A DNA stretch of 44,581 nucleotides from a phage. Position 1 is the stretch's first letter. Each line of letters opens with the position of its first letter. Location: the sequence record PZ445532.1. One strand, 5' to 3'. Positions 35,564 to 43,700 of this stretch are shown piece by piece. The position numbers and the translations under genes were made by a program. Below the pieces are notes generated by a model that ran no database searches, was not told the origin of the DNA, and saw only the letters and a list, made by a program, of their open reading frames with translations.

Positions 35564-35751
35564 TATTCCACCCTTGAAAACTGAGCAATGTAATATTCAT
35601 GTTTAACCCCAGCCCGCTTCGCGGCTTCGTTCATGGTAGCCGCCAAACCTCTGGCTTGAGTCCAGCAGCAATTCCAGTTCTGATTCATAACGATTTCCGG
35701 TTGCTCATCGCCGGTAATACGGCAACGAAATAAAACAAAGAATATAGCCAT
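35563..35751 (-). CDS. hypothetical protein
   Basis: 62-aa ORF. Its stop overlaps the downstream start. Confidence 0.4.
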   Translation of the reverse strand: MAIFFVLFRCRITGDEQPEIVMNQNWNCCWTQARGLAATMNEAAKRAGVKHEYYIAQFSRVE

Positions 35752-36003
35752 TTATTTTGTCTCCCAGCGGTCAATAGTTCTTGCTTCGGACGCAACGGCG
35801 AAGCGAACATATTCCAGATTGGAGTCCGCCCAAATATAAAAGTCGGGGTTAGTAAAGGTGGTGCGCTTAATTTGCGCGGGGGTGTTACGTCGTTTATCTA
35901 TTACGGCAACTCGTGACTGAAAGCTGCCGATGCGTTCGAATAGCCAATAGTACGGGCGCTGGTCGCGGGAATCCACCGCCTCGATTAGCGTGAAGCGTGC
36001 CAT
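35752..36003 (-). CDS. hypothetical protein
   Basis: 83-aa ORF, RBS GAGGA, directly after a minus-strand terminator. Confidence 0.5.
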   Translation of the reverse strand: MARFTLIEAVDSRDQRPYYWLFERIGSFQSRVAVIDKRRNTPAQIKRTTFTNPDFYIWADSNLEYVRFAVASEARTIDRWETK

Positions 36004-36015
36004 TGTCTCGTCCTC

Positions 36016-36043
36016 TAAAAAGAGGCCCGCAGATTAGCGGGCC
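36016..36043 (-). terminator. rho-independent terminator (minus strand)
   Basis: On the minus strand GGCCCGC-TAATCT-GCGGGCC followed by TCTTTTT, directly after the stop of the acidic first gene. Confidence 0.6.
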
Positions 36044-36051
36044 GGATAATA

Positions 36052-36567
36052 TTAATCTTCCAGTTCGAAATAAGTTTCGACGATTTCTTTAAGATCTTTG
36101 TGGAAGTCTTCGACGTCTTCATCTTCCAGCTTGGCGATTGATTTGATCTCGAACGATTCCAGCAGGTCGTCAAATTCGTCGTTCGCGTCGTCGTCGTCAC
36201 CACCAGCGATAATAGCGGCATATTGTTTGATTTCGTCGCGCATCTCCGCCAGCGGATCGGCATCTTTCTTGCCTTTGCCTTTCGCCGGAGCTTTTTTACC
36301 CTTCGCTGGTTTTTCGTCTTCGGCTTCATCGTCGTCATCTTCTACGATTTCTTTTTTTGCCTTACCTTTCGCCGGTGCTTTTTTGGTTTTCGCCGGTTTT
36401 TCGTCTTCGGTTTCATCGTCGTCATCTTCTACGACTTCTTTTTTGGCCTTAGACGGCTTCTTGTCTTCCTGCTTACCAACGGCAGCGCCAACGGTTTCAT
36501 AATGTTTAGCGATGATTTCCAGTGCTACTACGCCGCGAGTGATCAGGTTTACGATTTGTTCAAACAT
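36052..36567 (-). CDS. highly acidic tandem-repeat protein, first gene of leftward operon
   Basis: 172 aa from MFEQIVNL (RBS GGAGA). Two near-identical units of about 30 aa (KKE[VI]VEDDDDE[TA]EDEKPAK[TG]KKAPAKGK). Acidic C-terminus. Confidence 0.65.
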   Translation of the reverse strand: MFEQIVNLITRGVVALEIIAKHYETVGAAVGKQEDKKPSKAKKEVVEDDDDETEDEKPAKTKKAPAKGKAKKEIVEDDDDEAEDEKPAKGKKAPAKGKGKKDADPLAEMRDEIKQYAAIIAGGDDDDANDEFDDLLESFEIKSIAKLEDEDVEDFHKDLKEIVETYFELED

Positions 36568-36908
36568 GGTATATCTCCGATTGGTTAAGTTTAGGTGTCG
36601 GCAGTTAACTTCGTCGGTGGCCTTAACATAGTGCCTGGTTACGCGTTCTCCCGTTCGGGTAGTGGACCAGGTTATATAATCACGGTTGGGAATCCTGACA
36701 CTTCGATCCGGCCCCTGCGTTGCCCCTCTCCAGTTTGCGTCCTGCATCCTGTCGACGGAGTGAATAATAGATTGGTTGCAGAAGGGAGTCAACAACTAAT
36801 TTAAAAAAAAAGCGCCGAGGCAAAATGCAACGGCGCTAACCAATAAGAGACAATGAGACGGGATTTATTATTACACGCGTGCGCGCCCGTTTCAATATTC
36901 CAGAGGAG

Positions 36909-36954
36909 TTGACACCCCGCGGTTTTAGGTGTAGTTTCGTTGGTCATTAACCAA
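36909..36954 (+). promoter_or_regulatory. sigma70-like promoter with palindromic operator in front of the HTH gene
   Basis: TTGACA (36909..36914), 17-bp spacer, TAGTTT (36932..36937). Palindrome TTGGT-CATTA-ACCAA (36940..36954) just upstream of SD GAGGG. Confidence 0.45.
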
Positions 36955-36968
36955 CTGAGGGCAGGGCA

Positions 36969-37298
36969 ATGAATATCAACGACGCAATCGAAATGTTAAC
37001 GAAGACTGTTTGCAGTGAGACAAGCCGGTCATGGGCGTATACCGATGCCGTGGGGGCGGTGCTATTTGAGATTGAACGTCTGCGCAGTGTAGAAAAAGAA
37101 TTACGCGCCAGGCTGGAATTGCTCAACGGTACGGCGGCGAGCAAGCTGCAGAAGCACAATGAAGAAATGGAAGAATACAAAAAGCAGGTTATACGTTTGC
37201 GCGCCGAGGGAAAATCCTGGGCGATGATTGCCGAGTTGACTGGGATTAATCAGAGCACAGTGCGCTCCTGGGTACGCAATAATAAAACTTCTAAGTAA
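36969..37298 (+). CDS. HTH DNA-binding protein (putative transcriptional regulator)
   Basis: 109 aa. C-terminal helix-turn-helix-like KSWAMIAELTGINQSTVRSWVRN. Confidence 0.6.
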   Translation: MNINDAIEMLTKTVCSETSRSWAYTDAVGAVLFEIERLRSVEKELRARLELLNGTAASKLQKHNEEMEEYKKQVIRLRAEGKSWAMIAELTGINQSTVRSWVRNNKTSK

Positions 37299-37308
37299 GG
37301 CCACGGCA

Positions 37309-39573
37309 ATGAGCTTAATTAAATTCGCTGTAACAAGGCCCGCTAAAAAAGGCGAAAAAGCCAGGGCGGAAAACTTCCAGATGACCACCGATGAATTTTT
37401 CGAATTTATCAAAGATGCGAAAGAAATATCCTCGGTGCACATCAACAAGACGGAAGATAAAGCCGAGTATGCGCGCCGCAAGCGTAAGGCCGACGGCATC
37501 GTGGCGTATACCAGTGACGGATTGCGTCGTAAGACCAGTGCGGTGGACCGCTCGATCCTGTTCTTCGATATTGACCGCACCGACACCCGCACCCTACGCC
37601 GCTGCCGTAAGGCGTTCACTGACGCGGGGCTGGAACACGTATTCCACACCACAACCGGCGACCGTCACCCATTGAAAGGCGGCACGCGTTGCGCTCGATT
37701 CCTGGTGCTCACTGACAAGCCTGTACCGGCTGAAGACCTGGGCCGCGTCCAGTATGCACTATTACACCAACTGGGTCTGTCAGATGTGGACTTCGACGAT
37801 TGCACGAAAGACACAAACCGCCTGATGTACCTGCCACACCAGCAGTCTGTTATTAAGTGCCACTATGGCAAGCGCGCACGCGTACGTCGTCTGCTCCGCC
37901 TGGCTGACAAGCTGGGAGTTGAGAAAGAGGAAGTCCGTCGCGAACTGACCCCGGGCGACGACGCAGTGGCAGACGGCATTCTGGACTGGTGCTTCCAGGC
38001 AGGATTCGAGGAGTTATCTTCCGGGCGGGGCTATGAAGTGCCGTGCCCGAACGAACATCTGCACAGCGGCGAAGGGTCCACCGCTATTATGGTCAAGGAT
38101 GGCGAGATCCGTTTCAAGTGTATGCACACCGGCAACGAGTGTTGCTCGGAACTGAATAGACACCAGCACCTGGCGCTGCGTCTTATCGGGATCCCGGACC
38201 ACCTGAACGTCGAGCCACACAATATGTCCCGTAAGCAAATCGCCGCCATCCTTCCGGGGCTGGACGACGAGGAAGTCGAATCCTTATATGAACATATTGT
38301 TGATGCGGTTGGCGACGGCGAAGAATACGGCGTGTGCACCGATGCGGATCTGGATAACGAGCCGGTTGCGCTGTTCAGTAAGCACGACCCGATTATCGAG
38401 GGGTTGATTAACTTTAAATCGACCTGGTACATGGCGGGTGAGTCGAATATCGGTAAGTCTTTCTACGTGCTGGGCCAGATGGGCGCGGTTGCCGCGGGTA
38501 TTCCGTTTGGTGGCGCGAAGGTCGTCCAGTCTCATTGCTTCTATTTCGACGCGGAAGGTGGCGAAGCCTCCAACCAGCGTAAAGAAGCATTGCAGATTAA
38601 ATATGAGCACGACCTGGACAAGCTGCACATTATCGATCTGCAGTCACGCGGCTGGGATATCACCAGCAAATCGGGCTTGCGCGAAGTTATCAGCTTTATC
38701 AACCGCACCGCTAACGGCGAACCGGTTGGCCTGGTGGCGTTCGACTCACTAAACCAGACTGTTGCGTTGCGGTCCGCCGAGGCTAAACCGTTCGACGAGA
38801 ACAACGCCAGCGATATGGGTGAAGTGGTCAAAGCGCTGAAGGCCATCGCGGAAAATACAGGTGGCAGTGCGGGCGTCATCCACCACCCGGCTAAAGGTGC
38901 AAACGGCAGCAGAACGCCACGCGGGTCCGGCGCGCTGCATGGTGCTGTCGATTCTGCGTTCTTCCTGGAACAGCCGGACGACAACCAGCCCGGACAATTG
39001 AACCTGTATCACGAAAAGTCACGTAACGGCATCAAGCAAGCGCCGCGCGGCTTCGTCCTGCTCAAGTGCAAGGTGAAGGTGGATCTCCGCAAGTCAGAAG
39101 CGTTCGAGGCGCACCAGTCCACCAGCACCGGGCCAGACTTCGGCGACGTGGTTGCCGGATGGGACGTCAAGCCGATTGCCTCCACGCCACGCGACGAGAC
39201 TCTCTACCTCGTACCGGTTGCCCTGGCACCGTTCGCTATTGAACAGGCGAAGGCGGCGGGCAAGGCCGCGGTTAAGGAAGAGAACACCGCCGGACCGCGC
39301 AACGAAAAAGAGAAAGTGCTTTATGCGGCACTGGAAAAACTGATGGAAGATAACCCGTACCATACTGGATTCAGTAAATCGGCAATTGTCCGCCAGGCGG
39401 GACTCGCAAAAGGTGGCACTTCGACGAAGGCAATCGACGATATGGTGGAGCGCGGGGTAATAGGTTTTTATACAGATCCGCACACCGGGGCCATCTATGG
39501 GTCTTCTAATTTGGTCATCAAATCGGATATCCCTATCACGCTTTCCGCGACCGATGACGATTTAAAAGATTAA
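37309..39573 (+). CDS. DNA primase-helicase (primase domain fused to RecA-like NTPase)
   Basis: 754 aa. Cys/His-rich segment CPNEHLHSGEG...FKCMHTGNECC. Walker A GESNIGKS and Walker B-like LVAFDSLNQ in the C-terminal half. Confidence 0.8.
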   Translation: MSLIKFAVTRPAKKGEKARAENFQMTTDEFFEFIKDAKEISSVHINKTEDKAEYARRKRKADGIVAYTSDGLRRKTSAVDRSILFFDIDRTDTRTLRRCRKAFTDAGLEHVFHTTTGDRHPLKGGTRCARFLVLTDKPVPAEDLGRVQYALLHQLGLSDVDFDDCTKDTNRLMYLPHQQSVIKCHYGKRARVRRLLRLADKLGVEKEEVRRELTPGDDAVADGILDWCFQAGFEELSSGRGYEVPCPNEHLHSGEGSTAIMVKDGEIRFKCMHTGNECCSELNRHQHLALRLIGIPDHLNVEPHNMSRKQIAAILPGLDDEEVESLYEHIVDAVGDGEEYGVCTDADLDNEPVALFSKHDPIIEGLINFKSTWYMAGESNIGKSFYVLGQMGAVAAGIPFGGAKVVQSHCFYFDAEGGEASNQRKEALQIKYEHDLDKLHIIDLQSRGWDITSKSGLREVISFINRTANGEPVGLVAFDSLNQTVALRSAEAKPFDENNASDMGEVVKALKAIAENTGGSAGVIHHPAKGANGSRTPRGSGALHGAVDSAFFLEQPDDNQPGQLNLYHEKSRNGIKQAPRGFVLLKCKVKVDLRKSEAFEAHQSTSTGPDFGDVVAGWDVKPIASTPRDETLYLVPVALAPFAIEQAKAAGKAAVKEENTAGPRNEKEKVLYAALEKLMEDNPYHTGFSKSAIVRQAGLAKGGTSTKAIDDMVERGVIGFYTDPHTGAIYGSSNLVIKSDIPITLSATDDDLKD

Positions 39574-39690
39574 ATTCTGCGCGCATTGGTTGCCGATATG
39601 GTAATTCCCATATCGGTGAATGATTAAATTTTGCGCGCATTGGTTGCCATTTTGAGTGTTTTTACCTGGTCGTATTGGTTGCCGTGTAGT
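39574..39690. repeat. three direct repeats of GCGCATTGGTTGCC plus a perfect 9-bp inverted repeat
   Basis: TTGGTTGCC at 39586, 39640 and 39675. The first two copies sit in a 23-bp direct repeat TAAATT[CT]TGCGCGCATTGGTTGCC. Inverted repeat CCGATATGG-TAATTC-CCATATCGG at 39593..39616. Confidence 0.8.
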
Positions 39691-39724
39691 GTAAATATAG
39701 TGAATAGTTATGCAATAAAACTGC

Positions 39725-39890
39725 ATAAAGTAAGCGGGACAGAAAGCGGGACAGACCAGGGGCGGGACAAAGCGGGACAGCACCCCTGTCCCGCCCCGGA
39801 TGACGCGGCCTGGCGAGGAGCGGGACAGCGGGACAGCACCCCAGTCTTTCAGACTAGACGGGGGTCAATGGCCCCCCTCGTCTGAGACTG
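39725..39890. repeat. non-coding module: GCGGGACA(G) repeat array and 51-bp conserved hairpin element (copy B)
   Basis: AGCGGGACAG repeated at least 6 times. Hairpin GGGACAG-CACC-CCTGTCCC. The terminal 51 bp (39840..39890) are identical to 11692..11742. Confidence 0.85.
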
Positions 39891-40105
39891 CATAAAATCC
39901 AGGATGCACGACGCACGGCAGCATGATGCAAATTGCGGTCGTCGATGAACTAGGCAACCAATGCGAGTTGCAGAATGGTGGGTGGAAAATGCAGTTTGCA
40001 GTCACAGCAGATAGCGATCGACTTTTTCATGCGCGTGATTAATATTGGTTGCATTCGCCCTGGCACACTGCTATATTGGTTGCACACCAACATGAGGACT
40101 GAACA

Positions 40106-40411
40106 ATGAAAGCATTAATCTGGAATTACACAATGGCGGTGGCGAAGCTGTACGAAGCGAAGCACACAAACGGCAACGCAGACGACGCGCGCCAGGTTGT
40201 TATCCTGGCCCAGCAGGGAATCATGAACGCGTTCGACGATATGTTTGCCAGCCTGGACGAACTGGAACCGCTGCGCGTGGCAATCTGCGAATATGCGATG
40301 GCTTTTGCCCGCGAGCGCCTGGCGTATCGCTTCGGGATCGGTGAGACGGCAGTGACAAACGTCGCTCGTATTAAAGCCCAGCGCGAACTATTCGCCCAGC
40401 TTGCAAAATAA
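40106..40411 (+). CDS. hypothetical protein
   Basis: 101-aa ORF preceded by the 27-bp leader shared with the DnaN-like gene. Confidence 0.55.
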   Translation: MKALIWNYTMAVAKLYEAKHTNGNADDARQVVILAQQGIMNAFDDMFASLDELEPLRVAICEYAMAFARERLAYRFGIGETAVTNVARIKAQRELFAQLAK

Positions 40412-40420
40412 GGGGCCAAA

Positions 40421-40690
40421 ATGGACCGCAGACGCGCAAAACGCCTTTCGTGGAGCATCCCACTGCATTGCATACGAATATGGGCTAAGAATGCGAATGA
40501 GGGCGATTCTGTGTTCTGGTGCTACCGCGATGATGTGAAGCCATTAACGCAGACTCGATACTTGCACCAGTTCGCAGCACAACATGATTTCAGGGTGCGG
40601 ACTTCCTTGCAACCAATGGGAATACGTATTACATTACGCCGGAAGCCCGCCGTTGAGCGGGTAGGCAAACACTGGAGACTGAGCAAATGA
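40421..40690 (+). CDS. hypothetical protein
   Basis: 89-aa basic ORF. Confidence 0.5.
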   Translation: MDRRRAKRLSWSIPLHCIRIWAKNANEGDSVFWCYRDDVKPLTQTRYLHQFAAQHDFRVRTSLQPMGIRITLRRKPAVERVGKHWRLSK

Positions 40691-40829
40691 CACCAGCACT
40701 AATGGCAGGATTCTCGCAGAAGTTTATTTCTGTCGATGCCTGCTTAGCAGATTATGAGATTGACGGCATAGCTACGGTATGCGATGGCGACACGAAAACT
40801 GCCGATGAGATCGAGGAGACAGAGCAATG
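40687..40829 (+). CDS. small hypothetical ORF (47 aa)
   Basis: Start overlaps the upstream stop and its stop overlaps the downstream ATG. Acidic. Confidence 0.3.
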
Positions 40830-41450
40830 AAATTACTATTCCGCCGCAACCACGACGGCTGTATCGTGGATCCGGTCCAGGTAAGGGCCTTGACTAAGAA
40901 CGTGCTCCTATGCCGCCAGGCAAGCGGCAAAGTATTCAGCACGCTGCCGCAGTTCTTCACAGTCCACACCCACGATATTGAGCGCGGCGATGTGCTGCGT
41001 GATATTCGCGACGGGCAACTGTGGGTAGTCGAGTACACCTCCAAGCACGGCTTGCGTATGCAGACCCGCAAGGGCGGCGTAGTGGGTAGCGTTCAGAGGG
41101 GTATGACGTACTTCGGGCTGGTCAACTACGAGCGCGTAGGCCGCAAATACTGCCTGCGCGACCGCCAGCCGCATGAGCGCGCGATCGCCATAGCGGATGC
41201 CGTTAACCGCGTAACGCATGATGTGGCGCAGAAGTGCGCGGAGTTCCGCAAGTCACAGCCCGCCTATGCGACCTACGACGCGAGCAAAGTGATGGATCCG
41301 ATACGCCAGGCGACGCATGAGATTATTAATCGCTTCGATGCCGTGACGATCGCCCAGCGCCAGGCTAAGGAGTACGGCGTGGGCTTCATCCGGGTCGAAC
41401 CAGACGGCAACATGACCGCCATCGACCCGCGCTCGGTAATACTGAAATGA
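40827..41450 (+). CDS. hypothetical protein
   Basis: 207-aa ORF. Confidence 0.55.
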   Translation: MKLLFRRNHDGCIVDPVQVRALTKNVLLCRQASGKVFSTLPQFFTVHTHDIERGDVLRDIRDGQLWVVEYTSKHGLRMQTRKGGVVGSVQRGMTYFGLVNYERVGRKYCLRDRQPHERAIAIADAVNRVTHDVAQKCAEFRKSQPAYATYDASKVMDPIRQATHEIINRFDAVTIAQRQAKEYGVGFIRVEPDGNMTAIDPRSVILK

Positions 41451-41593
41451 GCGCAACTATCCGCGATATGCTCATGCATAACCGCTTTGAGATAGGCGGG
41501 CGAGTATTCCGCAATTACTTCGTGGCGCGTGCATGGGCGCGCCATATTGGCAAACCGGAAGGGGCAATTCGATGCTATACGTCTTCGCGGTAG
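41447..41593 (+). CDS. small hypothetical ORF (48 aa)
   Basis: ATG overlaps the upstream stop (ATGA). Overlaps the 41572 peptide ORF in another frame, so only one of the two may be real. Confidence 0.25.
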   Translation: MSATIRDMLMHNRFEIGGRVFRNYFVARAWARHIGKPEGAIRCYTSSR

Positions 41594-41673
41594 TATGTGG
41601 CGGTAGTCTGGCGGCCCTGGTGCTGTTGGCGTCGGTTATTAGTCTGGTTAAATACCTATGGGGCAGATTATGA
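41572..41673 (+). CDS. hydrophobic micropeptide (33 aa, single predicted TM helix)
   Basis: MLYVFAVVCGGSLAALVLLASVISLVKYLWGRL. RBS GGAAGGGG 8 nt upstream. Stop overlaps the next ATG. Confidence 0.35.
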   Translation: MLYVFAVVCGGSLAALVLLASVISLVKYLWGRL

Positions 41674-41957
41674 TTCATGATGTGATTTATTGGTTTGGTA
41701 TGGCAAGCATATTATGCCTGGTTACGGGAGCGCTGGGCGCGATATGGGTATTCCTGGTATGGCCCGCCGTGGAAGCCGCCAGCATTACCCGCATGACGTT
41801 CGAGGTATACAAGCGCCGTGGAATCACGGAGCACCCGACCAGGTTGCGCATGTGGTGGCTGTGGTATCGGGATATGATTGGGGGCCGGATGTTCGAGGCC
41901 GTCAGATCGGAAGGATGGGAGTGGAAAGGCGTCGGCAAGTGGTCCGTTTTCGATTAA
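41670..41957 (+). CDS. membrane protein
   Basis: 95 aa from MIHDVIYWFGMASILCLVTGALGAIWVFLVW. One N-terminal TM helix, Trp/Arg-rich tail. Confidence 0.5.
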   Translation: MIHDVIYWFGMASILCLVTGALGAIWVFLVWPAVEAASITRMTFEVYKRRGITEHPTRLRMWWLWYRDMIGGRMFEAVRSEGWEWKGVGKWSVFD

Positions 41958-41974
41958 TTATGCAAGCGTGATAT

Positions 41975-42009
41975 AGTCCCAGTGAGATAAAACTTACTGG
42001 GACTTTTTT
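41975..42009 (+). terminator. rho-independent terminator
   Basis: AGTCCCAGT-(12-nt loop)-ACTGGGACT followed by TTTTT. Confidence 0.7.
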
Positions 42010-42300
42010 ATGGATAAGCTAAACGAGTGGTTATTCGCCCTTGCGTGTCTTGCTGGTGGCTTCGTCGGCGCACGCATTCATGGCGAGGCAACGAAAGGGC
42101 CGTTGAACTTCGTTTTATATATCGTGGTTGGCTTCCTGTGTGCCATATTTGGTGCGCCAGCTATTGCCGAGTGGTCTGGTTTGTCTGGTGAGCGCACTGT
42201 TGCCGGTTTGGGCTTCGTAACTGCCATCTTCTGGATGCCAATAGCGGACCGGATCCGGGAGACTATTGCGTCGTTCCGACTTCCAGGGGGTGCAAAATGA
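42010..42300 (+). CDS. holin-like membrane protein
   Basis: 96 aa with 2-3 hydrophobic helices, immediately upstream of the endolysin block. Confidence 0.6.
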   Translation: MDKLNEWLFALACLAGGFVGARIHGEATKGPLNFVLYIVVGFLCAIFGAPAIAEWSGLSGERTVAGLGFVTAIFWMPIADRIRETIASFRLPGGAK

Positions 42301-42542
42301 TTATCTCCGTCCTGTTGTTTGTTATCATAGGGGCTTCGTCCCTGTTTAACGTGTATGCGCCGTCCGTTCAGGATGGCATCTTAGGCCGGGTGCTGTATCT
42401 GTTAACGGCAATGATCTGTCTTATCGGATTGCTGCAAACAGGAGACGTATCGGATACCACCTGGACCGCGTTAATCTGGCTGTTTGCATTGCGCACACTG
42501 CGTAATGCTGTTTTAAATGGGGTAAAACATGCGATTCAGTGA
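42297..42542 (+). CDS. second holin/antiholin-like membrane protein
   Basis: 81 aa with hydrophobic helices. Start and stop overlap the neighbouring genes. Confidence 0.5.
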   Translation: MIISVLLFVIIGASSLFNVYAPSVQDGILGRVLYLLTAMICLIGLLQTGDVSDTTWTALIWLFALRTLRNAVLNGVKHAIQ

Positions 42543-43020
42543 TAACGGTCTACGATTTACGGCAGCATGGGAGGCTTTCAGCCCAGTGCCGTATTTCGCG
42601 ACCAAGAAAGAGCAGGCCCGCGGCCTGTACACCTGGGGTTATGGGCACACCGGCACTAATCCGCCACGAAGCATTACCCGTGCGGAAGCGCTGGAACTGC
42701 TCAAGCGAGATGTGGCGTATGCCGAGGACTGGGTGAACAAATACGCACATCCGAGCATTAACCAGGCGCAATTCGACGCGCTGGTGGACCTGGTAATCAA
42801 TGCCGGTCAGGGTCCGATCGTACCGGATGACGTCGCGAATGATTTCGACGATGCGGTCCGCCTGGGCGACTGGGCGAAGGTCCGTGCTACACTGCCGCAG
42901 TTCCGCAAGCAAGGCGGGGAAGTGCTTAAGGGTCTGGTGCGCCGTGCAATCGGTAGACAGGCGTTGTTTGATGGTAAGCAGTGGGACGTTGCCGAGAAAA
43001 TCGGGCGTAACGCAGCATAA
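42529..43020 (+). CDS. endolysin (GH24 lysozyme-like)
   Basis: 163 aa with the lysozyme-like block YTWGYGHTG and surrounding conserved acidic residues. Confidence 0.85.
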   Translation: MRFSDNGLRFTAAWEAFSPVPYFATKKEQARGLYTWGYGHTGTNPPRSITRAEALELLKRDVAYAEDWVNKYAHPSINQAQFDALVDLVINAGQGPIVPDDVANDFDDAVRLGDWAKVRATLPQFRKQGGEVLKGLVRRAIGRQALFDGKQWDVAEKIGRNAA

Positions 43021-43035
43021 TACGAGGAACACAAT

Positions 43036-43449
43036 ATGTTAAAAAGCATTCTTGATCATAACGCCGACGCACTTGCTGCACTGGCTAAAACCGAAGACCC
43101 TGGCGCACGCGCTATCATCGCGGACACTATCAGCCATGCAGGCGTCTTTGACGCGAAGCTGCCGAGTGTGCCGGAAAGAAAGCCCGTGGCAAGTGCGACC
43201 GTAACCATCACCCCAGTGTCAGCCGCAGTTGGTGCGAAGGCCACCGCTTCTGTTGCCGTCCTGCCATCCGACGCAACTAACAAGGCCGGGAAGTGGGTGT
43301 CCGCAAACCCTGACTGCGCGGCAGTCAACCAGACTACCGGCGAAATCACAGCAAAATCGGAGGGTGGCGTCCACATCTTTTGGGTGGCATCCGATGGAGG
43401 CGGGGCGATGGCGTCCGCCATCTTCACCGTAACGGGAGCAGGAAAATAA
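43036..43449 (+). CDS. Ig-like (Big_2-like) domain protein
   Basis: 137 aa. C-terminal half resembles bacterial Ig-like domains (...ITAKSEGGVHIFWVASDGGG...FTVT). Confidence 0.55.
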   Translation: MLKSILDHNADALAALAKTEDPGARAIIADTISHAGVFDAKLPSVPERKPVASATVTITPVSAAVGAKATASVAVLPSDATNKAGKWVSANPDCAAVNQTTGEITAKSEGGVHIFWVASDGGGAMASAIFTVTGAGK

Positions 43450-43455
43450 AACCAC

Positions 43456-43481
43456 AAGCCCGGTTAATTCCGGGCTTTTTA
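43456..43481 (+). terminator. rho-independent terminator
   Basis: AAGCCCGG-TTAATT-CCGGGCTT followed by TTTTTA. Confidence 0.75.
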
Positions 43482-43545
43482 TTGCTTGACTTGCAACCAA
43501 CTATCAGACCATACTGCTACCAATCGACGAGAGGAGTATTACACT

Positions 43546-43632
43546 ATGGCACGTAATGATATTTTGGTGTTGGCAATATGGTCCACTGCGGCATTCATTG
43601 GTATGGTTATTTGTCAGGTGATAAATGGCTGA
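43546..43632 (+). CDS. hydrophobic micropeptide (28 aa)
   Basis: MARNDILVLAIWSTAAFIGMVICQVING. Strong RBS GAGAGGAG 7 nt upstream. TGCAACCAA motif at 43492. Not in the ORF track (below 60 aa). Confidence 0.35.
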   Translation: MARNDILVLAIWSTAAFIGMVICQVING

Positions 43633-43700
43633 GTTAATCCGCCTTATGGCGCGAGATGAACACGTAAAAGTCACATTCTACGATGGTGGGAAGTGTTGAG

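Noticed and set aside
36601-36720. Possible structured RNA or promoter in the 400-bp divergent intergenic region (TATATAAT at about 36673..36680)
   Set aside because: The -10-like hexamer has no convincing -35 partner on either strand and no tRNA-like fold was found. Left uncalled.
39631-39885. 84-aa plus-strand ORF in the ORF track
   Set aside because: Same reason as 11552..11737: it spans the direct repeats, the GCGGGACA array and the 51-bp hairpin element, so it is a translation artefact of repetitive non-coding DNA.
40045-40084. sigma54-type promoter (TGGCAC-N5-TTGCA) around the TGGCAC at 40061
   Set aside because: The spacing between the GG and GC dinucleotides does not fit the -24/-12 consensus.
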